NCBI GenBank assembly: GCA_049840735.1
Contig: JASGJN010000022.1
Span: forward strand, 96,001 to 160,000
Length of the DNA stretch: 64,000 nucleotides
Origin: Anaeromyxobacter sp.
Lineage (GTDB): Bacteria > Myxococcota > Myxococcia > Myxococcales > Anaeromyxobacteraceae
Direction: 5' to 3'
In this document: positions 31,986 to 44,223 of the stretch, one piece after another
How the letters are laid out: each line of letters starts with the position of its first letter
Position numbering within the stretch: the first letter of the stretch is position 1
Position numbers and translations under genes: made by a program
Notes under the pieces: model-generated
What the model was told of the DNA's origin: nothing
Databases searched by the model: none
The model's input: only the letters and a program-made list of their open reading frames with translations

Positions 31986-32826
31986 ATGAGCAAGAATCAG
32001 CAAGCTGTGGATCGTCGGGGCCGTGGTGCTGGCGGCTGGCTGCAGCAAGGACCCGTACGACGACACCAAGGGCGGCACGCCCACCATCCTCTCCGTGCTC
32101 GGCACGGTGACGGACGGTGAGACGGGCATCCTGAGCGTCGCGGGCGTCGCGCCCACGACCGAGGGCGGCAGCTGGGTGGTCGCCGACCTCCCCGAAGGCC
32201 ACACCGGCTTCGTGGTCAAGTACAACAAGCTGCTCGACGGCGCGTCGATCCAGACGGAGTGGGACTCGTGCGTGCCGCTGAGCCTCTCGGTGAACGCCGA
32301 GAGCCTGCCGGCCGACTGGTTCACCTGCTACAGCCCCGGCACCGCCACGGTGGAGGAGGGCGCCTCGGTCATCATCTACCCGGGCACCGACGTGGTGAAG
32401 GGCGACCAGGGGTCCGGCTGGATGGCCAACTCGGAGCTCCTGCCGGGCTTCTACGTCATCTCGTCCACGGTCGCAGACAAGTCCGGGGCCGAGAGCATCA
32501 TCAACATCGACGCCCGCGTGGCGCCGGTGCTGGTGGACGACACGATCACGGACACGACGGCGCTCCTGGTCTGGACGCCTGACGCGATCGGCGGGACGGG
32601 CCAGGAGATTCGGCGCGCCACCGTCACCGAGGGCGTGGCCGGCGCGTTCGAGAAGCTCGCCGACCTCACCTCCGACGTGGGCGAGTTCGAGGACACGGGC
32701 CTGACGCCGTCCACGGACACCACCGACTCGGTCTACGTGTACCGGCTGGTGGTGCTCGGCACGGACACGCTCACCGCGACCAGCCAGGATCTCGAGATCC
32801 TGATGGAGCCGACCCCGGCTCCGTAG
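31986..32826 (+). CDS. Lipoprotein cotranscribed with the TBDT (1-nt frameshift near 31992)
   Basis: Frame-corrected MSRISKLWIVGAVVLAAGC lipobox; beta-rich Ig/FnIII-like body. Confidence 0.75.
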
Positions 32827-32849
32827 CTGAGCCTCGGCTGAGCTGAAAT

Positions 32850-32889
32850 CAGGGGGAGCTGGCTCCGGCCAGCTCCCCCTGAGCTTTTG
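32850..32889 (+). terminator. Intrinsic terminator
   Basis: CAGGGGGAGCTGG-loop-CCAGCTCCCCCTG stem then GCTTTT. Confidence 0.75.
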
Positions 32890-32905
32890 AAGGGCCCGGG
32901 GTGAA

Positions 32906-32938
32906 CCGCTCGTGGTGAGCCTGTCGAACCACGAGCGG
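32906..32938. repeat. Short palindromic REP-related element
   Basis: CCGCTCGTGG-TGAGCCTGTCGAA-CCACGAGCGG shares TGAGC and GTCGAA with the long REP family. Confidence 0.6.
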
Positions 32939-33046
32939 GAGTGCGCCCGCCTCCCCGTCCACCCGCCCTGGGCCACGATGGCGCTCGCCTCCGCCGCCCG
33001 GTCCGGCTAGTTTCCCCCTCCCACTCCAGCCGAGAGACGCCGAGCC

Positions 33047-34711
<1,665 letters not shown>

Positions 34712-34737
34712 CGAGCTACTCAGGCGCACAACGGGCA

Positions 34738-34790
34738 CCGTTCGGCCTGAGCGTAGCCGCCGCACCGCGGCGGCGAAGTCGAAGGCCAGG
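34738..34790 (-). repeat. REP-like element
   Basis: CCGTTCGGCCTGAGCGTAG-CCGCCGC ACC GCGGCGG-CGAAGTCGAAGGCCAGG. Confidence 0.85.
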
Positions 34791-34853
34791 AATCCGCTGG
34801 AGGGCCACCGAGATCGCGCCGCTTCGGTCCTGCCGCGCGGCTATGCTGCCGGT

Positions 34854-35349
34854 GTGATCGCCGCGCTCGCGCTCGCCCTCTTCGCCGCCGCCCCCAGCGC
34901 GGAGGCGCTCAGCCCGCCGGCGCTCCGCCTCCCGTCCGGCGTGGTCCCGCTGCGCGGCGAGCTGGAGCTGTCGGTCGATCCGGCCGCCGAGCGGAACGCC
35001 GGGACGGTCGCTACCAGGTCCGGCTCGACGCGCCGACGCCGGTGATTTGGCTCCACGCGCACGAGGCGGTGGAGCTCACCTCCGCGTCTGTGGCCGGCGC
35101 GCCGGTGCAGGTGGTGCGCGCACCGGGCGACTTGCTCGGGCTGGTCCCCGCGGCGCCCCTGGCCGCCGGGACGGTCGACGTGAAGCTGGAGTTCACCGCG
35201 GCGGTCAGCCGGTCGGGCAAGTACCACCGGCCCCTCGGCGTGCTGACGCACCAGGACGACGCTGGCGCCTGATACGCAGAGAGCTTCTTCGAGCCGCTCG
35301 GCGCGCGCCGCGCTTTCCCCTGCTTCGACGAGCCGTCGCTTCAAGGTGG
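34854..35349 (+). pseudogene. Truncated M1 family aminopeptidase (5' fragment only)
   Basis: Signal peptide, RLP..V.P, FFEPLGARRAFPCFDEPS-FKV motif; frameshift, in-frame TGA at 35270 and no HExxH catalytic part. Confidence 0.75.
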
Positions 35350-35450
35350 ACTGCCGGCCTGGCGGCGGCAGGGCGCTGGTGATCATCGACGCCGCTACAG
35401 CTTCGAGCGGGGCGAGTGGGTGGTGCGGAGGCGGACGGTGAAGGCCTCGC
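35350..35450 (+). pseudogene. Remnant of a paralog of the 41051-41797 candidate immunity gene
   Basis: VDCRP...RYSFERGEWVVRRRTVK resembles VSCER...RYVYSNGRWSVSRRKAT (manual alignment, one frameshift). Confidence 0.5.
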
Positions 35451-35503
35451 GGAGTGACTTTCGATAAAGTGAAAACCCCTGTGCATCAGGAGGGGCCCTG
35501 AGT

Positions 35504-35986
35504 ATGCGACCTTGTGGACGGGTGGTGGCGTGGTGCACGGCTCTTGTGATTTTGTCGGTGCCCGGAGGGGTTCTGGGTGGGGGAGGCGAACGAGTTGAGC
35601 CTTGGCGACAGTACGTTGGAAAAGCCGGCATGGGGCCTATAGCGGAAGAAGTGTATGTAGTCTTGAGGTCGGCCCACAATGAGCTGCTGGTGCGAGGAGT
35701 GAGTTGGAGAGGCGGAGCCGCTTCGAGTCGAGAGGTCGTCTTGGATAGGGGCTTCTCTTGCATGGCGCTCAGGCCAGCGCGGGGACACGCTCGCTGCTCT
35801 GGCCAGCCTCCTAGAATCCTGCTCCTCCTCGCCTCGGGCCTTGGCTGGCGCGGCGGCCGGGGCAGGAAGTGGGCCGAGAGCCTGGCGGCGGGCACTGCAA
35901 TCGTCGCGCTATCCACCCTGCTCGGAATCTCGCTGGCCTGGGTGAGCCGGTCCTTCGTCCTGGTGGAGGTCGGGCATGAACGCTGA
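35504..35986 (+). CDS. Hypothetical, probably chimeric ORF (lower-GC 5' part with signal-like segment)
   Basis: SD AGGAGG upstream; AT-richer 5' half; no recognisable motif. Confidence 0.3.
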   Translation: MRPCGRVVAWCTALVILSVPGGVLGGGGERVEPWRQYVGKAGMGPIAEEVYVVLRSAHNELLVRGVSWRGGAASSREVVLDRGFSCMALRPARGHARCSGQPPRILLLLASGLGWRGGRGRKWAESLAAGTAIVALSTLLGISLAWVSRSFVLVEVGHER

Positions 35987-36581
35987 TTCCGCCCTGGTGA
36001 CGGCCGGGCTTCTGTGGTGGCTGGCCCACGGCCTCGCCTGGTGGTGGCTCGCCAGGCGGCTGGCGGATCCCGAGGAGGCGAGCCGTGACGGTGAGGAGCG
36101 CAAGGTCCGGAGGGGCCTCCGCTGGCTGCTCGCGCTGGCCCTTTCCCTGGGAGTTCCGGTCGGCATCCCAACCGCAATCGTCTTGGTGTGGGGCCTCGAC
36201 CCAGGGGTGGTGGATCCGGCGGTGATGGGCGCCGCCTTCGGCGCGGTGATCATGTTGATCCCGCTGGTGGACCTGGCCCGCGAGGCTCGCAGGATGGAAG
36301 ATCAGCGACTCGCGGGCGAGCCCGTCGACCCTTCCTGCAGCATCTGGGTCAGCTCGGGGACCACGGGGCTGGCGGTCCCCTGGTGGTGGCCACAGGATCG
36401 CCTGGACTGGATCGCGCTGCTCGCCCTGGCGTCGGCGTGGCTCGTGAGCTGGCGGGTGGGGATCACCGTGCTCTGCGCGGCCGCCTGGGCCTGCACGATG
36501 TGGCTGCTGATGCTCGAGGCCCGGCGCCGGCCGCCGGAGCGGTGGAGGCGCCCGCGACGAGGCAAGGTTCGGGGGCCTTGA
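35976..36581 (+). CDS. Hypothetical polytopic membrane protein
   Basis: SD GGAGG, several Trp-rich hydrophobic helices. Confidence 0.55.
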   Translation: MNADSALVTAGLLWWLAHGLAWWWLARRLADPEEASRDGEERKVRRGLRWLLALALSLGVPVGIPTAIVLVWGLDPGVVDPAVMGAAFGAVIMLIPLVDLAREARRMEDQRLAGEPVDPSCSIWVSSGTTGLAVPWWWPQDRLDWIALLALASAWLVSWRVGITVLCAAAWACTMWLLMLEARRRPPERWRRPRRGKVRGP

Positions 36582-36671
36582 GGCAGAGACGACGAAGCCC
36601 CAGGCCGCGATGGCGGACCGGACCGCGACGAGCCGTCTGCCGACCAGGCCCGCCTCAGCTGGCTGGAGCGG

Positions 36672-37107
36672 GTGGCACTGGGCGCGCTGGAGTGCGCCCT
36701 GCTGGGGGTTCCCGCCGCGTCGCGGGGGGCGGAGCCGGCGTGCGGCGAGGATCCCGCCCTATGGGCCTTCCTCCGGGTCGGCCAGGCGCACCGGGACGGG
36801 GACACGTCGTTCAGATTCGCCTGCGCCAGGGTGGACCTGGGCGGCGACGGGTCGCCCGAGGAGACGGCACCACGGGTGGCGCGACCTGGGAGTCTGGGTG
36901 GCGGGAGGGGGCGTGACGCCGCACGAAGCGGCAGTCGAGTTCAATGGGACCCGGTACGCGGGCAATCCGAGCATGACGCGGACCACTACCACCGAGAAGG
37001 GCGCCGTGCTGATCCCGAGCGACGCGCCGCTCTACGTGCTGACCCGGTTGGCGGACGCGCGCCGCGCCTCCAGCCATCTACGAGGCGGGGATCGGGCGAC
37101 GAGGTGA
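36672..37107 (+). pseudogene. Degraded exported hypothetical protein
   Basis: VDLGGDGSPE in one frame and GWRDLGVWVAGGG...FNGTRYAGNPS in another; look like parts of one protein with an internal deletion. Confidence 0.4.
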
Positions 37108-37664
37108 AGGACGGCCGGGCCCGGCTGCACTGGGACAGCCCGGTCCACCTCGCGTCGCCCGACGGTCGCTGGCGGCTGGAGCTGCGCCCCAGCGCGGAGG
37201 CCGGGAGGGCCTATCTGCGCAACGCCTCGGGCGGTGAGGCGAAGCCGCTCTTCACGGTGGATCGGGACGCGCAGCTGCGCTGGGGGCGCGCGGGCGGGCA
37301 AGACCCCCTGCTCCTGGAGGACGAGTACGCCAGCAACGAGCACCGGCTGAAGCTGTTCCGGCTGGGACGGGCGCAGCCGGAGGCCGAGACGCTCGCGATC
37401 AACGCGCTGATTGACCAGGAGTAGCAGAGGCAGCGCCCGGCCGGTCGAAAGGTCGCGTACTACTTCCCGACAGTCGCCGCCTGGGTGGCCGACGACATCA
37501 CGGTGGCCGTGGGCGTGGTGCATGCTCTCGCCGGCGGCGGCCCCTATCAAACCGACTGCAGGGGCTACGTGGTCCGCGTGGGCAACGGCCCGCGCATCCT
37601 CGCCAGGTTCTCGCAGGCGGAGCTGAAGGAGCTGCTGGGCGTGGAGTGCCAGGTCTGGCCGTAG
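37104..37664 (+). pseudogene. Hypothetical beta-rich protein interrupted by an in-frame TAG (37422-37424)
   Basis: Coding-like sequence (SPDGRW..., YYFPTV..., DCRGY...ECQVWP) continues in the same frame past the stop. Confidence 0.45.
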
Positions 37665-37795
37665 GTGGCGGCGGCTAGGTGGTGGTGGCTCGGCGGAGTC
37701 CAGGCCCTAGCGAGGCGGCCCGACGTGTCGGTTCGAAGCCTTCACCTGCCTCACCGCCCTGCCGTGCAGGTCGCAGCTCGCGATAGACTCCCAGT

Positions 37796-38818
37796 ATGAA
37801 GCTCCGCCGCCCGGCCCTCGCCGCTGCCCTGGCCCTGCTCGCCGCCTGCAACTCGTCCAGCGGCGCCGCCACCACGCCCCCGGTCGATCCGCCTCCGCCG
37901 CTGGCGCCGGGGCCGCTCTTCACCGGCGCCGTCCCCTGGAACGACCCGGTCGACGCCGCCCCGCTCTCGGACAGTTCCACGGCCATGCTGGACGCGCTGG
38001 AGTCGGCCGGCGGCTGGGGCATGGGGAACGTCCTGCGCATCGACTTCTCGCTGGCGGTGATCCCCGGCGACGCGAACAGCGCGCGGGTGCCGCTGGTGAA
38101 GCGGAGCGGCTACTGGGCGCCGGACTGCGACGACCTGGCCAGCTTCCCGCTGCCGGCCGGCGGCGCGGCGGAGGGGTCGAGCAGCTACGCCTGCAGCGGC
38201 GGCGACTGCCACGTGCTGGTGGTGGACCAGGACGCGGGCGTGCTCTACGAGTCCTACATCTCCAACCAGACCAGCGCCGGGCTGCAGTCGCGGTGCGCGG
38301 TGGCCTGGGATCTCGGAAAGGACTACGGCGCCACCCTGCGCGGAGACCAGTGCACCAGCGCCGACGCGGCCGGGCTGCCCATGGCCGCCTTGCTCTTCAC
38401 CGCCGACGAGGTGGCGGCCGGGTCAATCGACCACGCCATCCGCTTCATCCTGCCCAACGAGCGGATGCGGGCCGGCGTCTACGTCCGCCCCGCCACCCAC
38501 GCCGGCGCGCCCTCCGGCGGCGACGCGCTCCCGCCCTACGGCACCCGGCTGCGGCTGCGGGCCGACTACCCGCTGGACACGCTCCCCAGCGACGGCGCGC
38601 GGGTGGTGGCGGTGGCGCTGCAGCGGTACGGGATGGTCCTGGCCGACGGCGGCAACATGGCGCTCACCGCGGCGGACGACCGGTTCACGGCGCACGGCTG
38701 GGACGAGGTGGGGATCGACACCCGCTCCCTGGCGGCGCTGTCCACCGGGGACTTCGAGGTCGTGGATCCGGGCGCCGAGCCAATCGCGATCACCTACGAC
38801 TGCGTGCGGGTGCCGTGA
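37796..38818 (+). CDS. Hypothetical lipoprotein (SADAAGLP family)
   Basis: Lipobox LLAAC; GDCHVLVVD, CTSADAAGLP, IDHAIRF, YGMVLADGG; host-like codon usage. Confidence 0.8.
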   Translation: MKLRRPALAAALALLAACNSSSGAATTPPVDPPPPLAPGPLFTGAVPWNDPVDAAPLSDSSTAMLDALESAGGWGMGNVLRIDFSLAVIPGDANSARVPLVKRSGYWAPDCDDLASFPLPAGGAAEGSSSYACSGGDCHVLVVDQDAGVLYESYISNQTSAGLQSRCAVAWDLGKDYGATLRGDQCTSADAAGLPMAALLFTADEVAAGSIDHAIRFILPNERMRAGVYVRPATHAGAPSGGDALPPYGTRLRLRADYPLDTLPSDGARVVAVALQRYGMVLADGGNMALTAADDRFTAHGWDEVGIDTRSLAALSTGDFEVVDPGAEPIAITYDCVRVP

Positions 38819-38819
38819 G

Positions 38820-39221
38820 GTGGCCTTCCCGTCCTTCCGCGTGAGCTCCATCGACGACCTCCTGGCCCGCCAGACGCCGGCGGTGGCGGCGCTGGTCCAG
38901 GCGGCGCGCCGCCGCGTCCAGGAGGTGGTCCCGGAGGCGGCGGAGCGGCTCCGCGCAGGCTGGGGGATCATCGGCTACGACGCGCCACGCTACTTCGCCT
39001 TCGTCGCGCCGGCGAAGGACCATGTCCGGATCGGCTTCGAGCGCGGGGTGCTGCTGGACGATCCGGCGGGGCTGCTGCAGGGCGAGGGGACACAGGTCCG
39101 CCACGTGGAGATCCGCGCCGCGCGCCAGCTCCGGTCGGCCGCGCTGGCCGCGCTGCTCAGGCAGGCGGCGAGGCTGGGCGGGTCGGGGAAGGCGCGGCGC
39201 AAGGCGGCTGGCCGGCGCTGA
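38820..39221 (+). CDS. DUF1801 (YdhG-like) domain protein
   Basis: HVRIGFERGVLLDDPAGLLQGEG.QVRHV motif. Confidence 0.75.
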   Translation: MAFPSFRVSSIDDLLARQTPAVAALVQAARRRVQEVVPEAAERLRAGWGIIGYDAPRYFAFVAPAKDHVRIGFERGVLLDDPAGLLQGEGTQVRHVEIRAARQLRSAALAALLRQAARLGGSGKARRKAAGRR

Positions 39222-39479
39222 CGGCTCCGGGGGGGGCGCCGTCCGCTGCAGATGCCCGTTGCCTCGCGGCGGTTGGCCGGGCCAGCGGGGAGGTCGAGGT
39301 GGCGGAGGCGTTCGCGGGCGCGCTGGAGCGACTCGGCCCGCGGCGGGCCCAGGTCCCTGCGGAGGGAAACCCGGCGTGAACGATGCGCGGGACGCGTTGT
39401 GCCTCCGAGCGCGGACCGGGCCCGGTTACGGTGCGATAGGTCCTCCGTCGAGCTGCTCGGCGGAGCCCTGGAGGCTTTG

Positions 39480-41013
39480 ATGCCCACGCTCCGCACTGCC
39501 GCCCGCGTCCTGCTCTTCTCCCGCAGACGCATCCTCGCCGCCGGCCTCGTGCTCGGGCTGGTGCTCCTCCCGACTCCGGCGCGCGCCGACGCGGGCATCC
39601 CCATGCTCGCGCTCCTCTGGCCCGCCTCCTGGGTCCTGTTCCTGCCCGTTGTCGCCCTCGAGGCCTGGCTGGCCCGGCGGATATACGAATACGATCTGTT
39701 CAAGCATCTCGTGTCCGTGAGCAGGGCCGGGGGGGAGAGCGAGAAGCTCTACTATGCTCCCGGGGGCGAGTTGCTCTATCGCCAGATCGGAAGCCGCTTC
39801 GTCTTCTACATGGGGGAATACGGGACGATCACCGCGACTGGACAGGCCGGATGCTCGGGCGCGGCCTGCGCTCCCGCTGCTCCTGCGTTGGATGCTCACG
39901 TCATCTTCGCCGGGACGAGATTGGCGAGCTTCAGGCCGAGTCGTTCTCTCTATTACTACAGAAGCCGGCTGGGGTCGGTCGTTGCCACTACGCTGGGGGG
40001 TGCCAGCCTTCGGGCGGGTTATCGCTACAGCGTGTATGGCGAGACGGAGGCTCGAACGGACTGGGACTCCAACGGCGATGGGCAGATTAACGAGCTGGAC
40101 GACAGCTACTCGGAGTTGGGCTACACCAATGCCGTGCGGCTCAGCGGTTCGCTTATCCACCTGAAGAACCGAGTCTACGACGCGCAGGCTCGCGTGTTCC
40201 TCCAGTGCGACACGGTCGACCGGTTGCGCTATGCGTATGTGGAGGGCGATCCCGTGAACGGGGCGGATCCGACCGGGCTGGCCACCACCCAGACCTCGGC
40301 TCAATCGGGAGGCGAGAAGGTTTATTACGTGCGCCGCGGGGACGAGTTGCAGGTTGTAACCAGGAGCGCCAATGGGAAGCTGAGTATCGTGGCGAGTTTG
40401 GACACTGCGCACCTTACTGCCGAAAACGTGAAGGCGTTTGCGGATAAGGTAGCACTCGCGGTCGAAAAGACTGAGCGCGGTGCCGCGGGGCGGTGGTCGG
40501 GTGAGGGGGCAGCCAAGTTTGGTTCGGTCACGGGGACCGCGAACGGGGTGACGACTTCCATCGTGTCTCTCCGTGAAGGCACCAACCTCGACATCTCGAT
40601 CGAGAATCGTCATGGCAACATCACGTATCGCGACAATAACCCCGGAAACTTGAGAATCGAGTGGCGCGCAGGTGGGCCACGATCCGGCGGGATTCGCCAT
40701 CTTTGGGTCGAGCCTGGAAGGGTTCGACGCGATGGATGATCTTCTGCGGGGCCCCAATTACATCGACAAGACGATCGACGAAGCGATTGCGAAGTATGCT
40801 CCTCGCAAGGACAATAACAAGACGTCCGAATATCAGCAGAGGGTCAGAGATGCGGCGGGGGTGAGTGGCAAGACGCGCCTGTCCGATCTCAGCGACAGTC
40901 AGTTTGAGCGCATGGAGCGGCAGATGTGGCGTGAGGAGGGGTTCTTCAATAACTTGAGGGATGGGAACCCGTGGACGAAGACCAGGAGTTACAGTATCGA
41001 GCCGCTGCCGTAG
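39480..41013 (+). CDS. Signal peptide-fused orphan Rhs core with C-terminal lysozyme-like toxin domain (frameshift near 40656)
   Basis: YEYD...YYY.SRLGSVV...Y.YSVYGE...GYT...NRVYD....FLQ.D...YAYVEGDPVNGADPTGL Rhs core; frame-corrected CT DNNPGNLR...GFAIF...TIDEAIAKYAPRKDNNKT. Confidence 0.8.
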
Positions 41014-41050
41014 GGTCGTTGGTCTCCATGCCCCGAGGGTGAGGCAGGTT

Positions 41051-41797
41051 ATGCGCTACATGGTGTTGGCTCTGCTGTTCGTGGGCGTGTGTCAACCGGC
41101 GTGGGTCTGGGCGGATCAGCCGACGAAGGGGTATGTCGAGGCGGCAAGCGTTCGGTATGGACCAGCCGGAGGAGAGGCCGGTGTACGGGTCGCGCTGTAT
41201 GTCGACGAGCGAATGACCAAGGACGTCCAGGGCCAGTTGTGGGGGCAGGGAGATTGGGCCGATGTCCTCCCGGCGGCATCGCCCGTCCGAAAGTCCTTCG
41301 CCGGGAATGCGCCCCGGCCAGCGCTGCTCGTCTTGCGGAATGAGCAGGGCGTGACCCTGGATCGACGGACTCTCGAGGTTGTCCTCGCACGCGTGGAGCA
41401 ATGGCCTGCCGGCATATCTCCAGATCGATCGTTGCTCTTAACCCTCGACTATACCGCTGGTGCGGGGTCCTATGGTGGGCTGGTCACGATGGTGGTCGGG
41501 GTAGTTGGGGGAAGGTTGGTGGATGTGTCGGCTGCAGATGAGTCGGCCGCGAACGGCCCGATACTGTTTTCTCGAACTGGAAAAGCGGACTGGAAATTCG
41601 CTCCGGGTTCCCCGCTTTCAGTACTCGCCGTGTCCTGTGAAAGAGCCGAGAACGGCGACGATGCTGCCGGCACGGGGTTCGAGTTGCTCTTGGAGCGGTA
41701 TGTGTATTCCAATGGGCGGTGGAGCGTGAGTAGGAGGAAGGCGACCGGTTATTGGGAGGTGGGTTACCCGTTCCCGTCTTTGAGGCGGTTCCCGTAG
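41051..41797 (+). CDS. Candidate periplasmic immunity protein
   Basis: Directly downstream of the toxin, same lower GC, Sec signal MRYMVLALLFVGVCQPAWVWA. Confidence 0.65.
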   Translation: MRYMVLALLFVGVCQPAWVWADQPTKGYVEAASVRYGPAGGEAGVRVALYVDERMTKDVQGQLWGQGDWADVLPAASPVRKSFAGNAPRPALLVLRNEQGVTLDRRTLEVVLARVEQWPAGISPDRSLLLTLDYTAGAGSYGGLVTMVVGVVGGRLVDVSAADESAANGPILFSRTGKADWKFAPGSPLSVLAVSCERAENGDDAAGTGFELLLERYVYSNGRWSVSRRKATGYWEVGYPFPSLRRFP

Positions 41798-42067
41798 CGT
41801 CCTGATAGACGCTGTGGCTCAGACGGCGGGATGCAGGTCGACCTGGCGGCGCTGGCCGGCGCTCCCCGGCTGGTGCTCCTCGCCGAGGGACCCGGGGCGG
41901 TCCTGCGGTTCCGACGCGGGACTTGGAGGCGGTGCGGGCGGCCTCCGCCGCCGAGGGGGTGGGCCCCCACGTGCACGCCTTGGGCCGCCCTGTGGCCGGG
42001 GGCCGAGAAGAATCGGCCGTCCCTCGTTCGGCCGGGTGTGGTGTTGTTAGTGAGTAGATGAATGACA

Positions 42068-42100
42068 AAGCCCCGGCCCGCCTTCGCGGACCGGGGCTTC
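42068..42100 (-). terminator. Intrinsic terminator after tsf
   Basis: AAGCCCCGG...CCGGGGCTT stem with T run on the minus strand. Confidence 0.7.
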
Positions 42101-42125
42101 TGACCTTCAGCAGGCTGCCGCTGAC

Positions 42126-42785
<660 letters not shown>

Positions 42786-42871
42786 GGTTCTTCTCCCTTC
42801 AAACGTTCGGGGGCGGACCTCGTCGGTCCGCCCCCGGATAAGGAAATTCCGGTACTGCGAACTTGTGCGAC

Positions 42872-43897
<1,026 letters not shown>

Positions 43898-43910
43898 CTG
43901 ATCTTCCTTC

Positions 43911-44028
43911 CGGTTGTAGTCCGCCACTCCACGTCTGACCGGCGCGCCGTACGTCCGGAGCGGACGCCGTGAGGGCCGTTCCACCGGAGAGCACCGGAGC
44001 GCGCCGTGCTCGGGAGTGTGTGAATTTA
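43911..44028 (-). ncRNA. rpsB 5' leader (t44-like S2 autoregulatory RNA)
   Basis: Minus strand starts AAATTCACACAC, contains GGTGC and ends GTGG..TACAACC just before the rpsB RBS. Confidence 0.55.
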
Positions 44029-44223
44029 CTGCTCCGCGACGTCCACGATGGACGGCTGCGGCCCGCTCCGCCTGGGCGGTGCGGGGGACGGTCATCTAAC
44101 ACAACCAGGCGGGCACCGCAAGGCTGGTTGGGTGATGCCGGGCACCCTGTATTCAGCTGCAAATACGGGCACATCGCCGCTCGCCGGCCCCCAGGGATCA
44201 TCACCCGGAGCGAACGCCGGCGC

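Noticed and set aside
35270..35272. Selenocysteine TGA in the M1 fragment
   Set aside because: Context suggests TGG to TGA in a truncated gene; no catalytic Cys position is expected there
37422..37424. Pyrrolysine/amber read-through
   Set aside because: No pyl genes in the window; lies in a decaying island, so a nonsense mutation is simpler
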